Source of the DNA: Lama guanicoe
Lineage: Eukaryota
Assembly (NCBI GenBank): GCA_013239625.1
Contig: MU053369.1
Coordinates: 221,479 to 270,619 of the forward strand
Direction: 5' to 3'
DNA length: 49,141 nt
Positions 48,697-49,141 of this stretch are shown piece after piece. Positions within the stretch are counted from its first letter, which is position 1. Every line of letters begins with the position of its first letter. Below the pieces are notes generated by a model. That model ran no database searches. It worked only from the letters and a program-made list of their open reading frames with translations, and was not told where the DNA came from. A program made the position numbers and the translations under genes.

Positions 48697-48700
48697 TAAA
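48695..48700 (+). terminator. AATAAA polyadenylation signal overlapping the stop codon of exon D
   Basis: ctt TAA TAAA at 48691-48700. Confidence 0.55.
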
Positions 48701-48965
48701 ATATAGATTTTTCCCCTTTTAAATTGTGCAATTCAGGAGCGTTAAGTGCATTCACAATGCTGTGCGACCATCACTACCATCTAGTTTCACACTATTTCTT
48801 TCCTCAAAGTAAAACCCTGGATCCAGGGCGCGCACTCCCCTCCCTCCCTCCCCCAGCCCCTGTGAGCCCCCGAGTCCTCTTCCTCTCTGGGGGTATGTAC
48901 CTCTCCTGGGTGTTCCCTGTCAATGAAACCATATGAAAGGTGGCTTTGTGTGCCTGCCCACATGT
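48700..48965 (-). mobile_element. L1MB-like 3' end, antisense
   Basis: aaattgtgcaattcaggagcgttaagtgcattcacaatgctgtgcgaccatcactaccatctagtttc. Confidence 0.75.
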
Positions 48966-49141
48966 TTTAAGCTGGGGCTGGTGATTTTCTTTCGTTTTCA
49001 CTTGAAGTAGCATTTTTATTATTTGAAAGGGAAATCCAGGGGAATTAAAGATGTGATGTACAAAATGAAGCCCTTTGAGTCTCTGTGCATCTTCTCGGGG
49101 TAGACACTGCTGTTCCCCCTGTGACACCACAGCCAGAGGAC

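Larger units (their letters stand above)
47134..48700 (+). pseudogene. CDRT15-like / RALGDS-derived four-exon gene encoding a Pro-rich tail-anchored protein; this copy is probably disabled
   Basis: Exons at 47134-47268, 47693-47791, 47886-48001 and 48308-48696, with GT/AG introns. Exon A has the MFSCC-PTS-G...RRLWPF signature and exons B and C match the RALGDS N-terminal region. GTG stands in place of ATG, there is a TGA at 47215, and exons B and C are out of phase. Confidence 0.78.

Overview
Mammalian genomic DNA, very probably from a camelid: it carries seven copies of the tRNA-Ala-derived vic-1-type SINE, plus MIR, L2, L1M, MLT1 and MER elements. The window is a mosaic of two blocks. (1) Positions 1 to about 42.9 kb are AT-rich and hold a minus-strand, intron-containing, 5'-truncated pseudogene of ANO6 (anoctamin-6/TMEM16F). 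Exons equivalent to 4-8 and 11-15 are recognisable. They carry 8 frameshifting indels and 5 premature stops, yet all 20 GT/AG splice dinucleotides are intact. I could not find exons 1-3, 9 or 10. (2) From about 42.9 kb to the end the sequence is GC-rich. It contains a ~157-bp repeat array with an internal inversion, a CpG island with a perfect 31-bp tandem duplication and a candidate minus-strand first exon, and a truncated ERV LTR. It also contains a plus-strand, four-exon gene that the ORF track misses. That gene has a CDRT15-type N-terminus, two RALGDS-derived exons and a Pro/Ala-rich last exon ending in a hydrophobic tail anchor; this copy looks disabled. All homology calls come from my recollection of the human proteins and repeat consensus sequences, not from database searches. 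Repeat boundaries are approximate.
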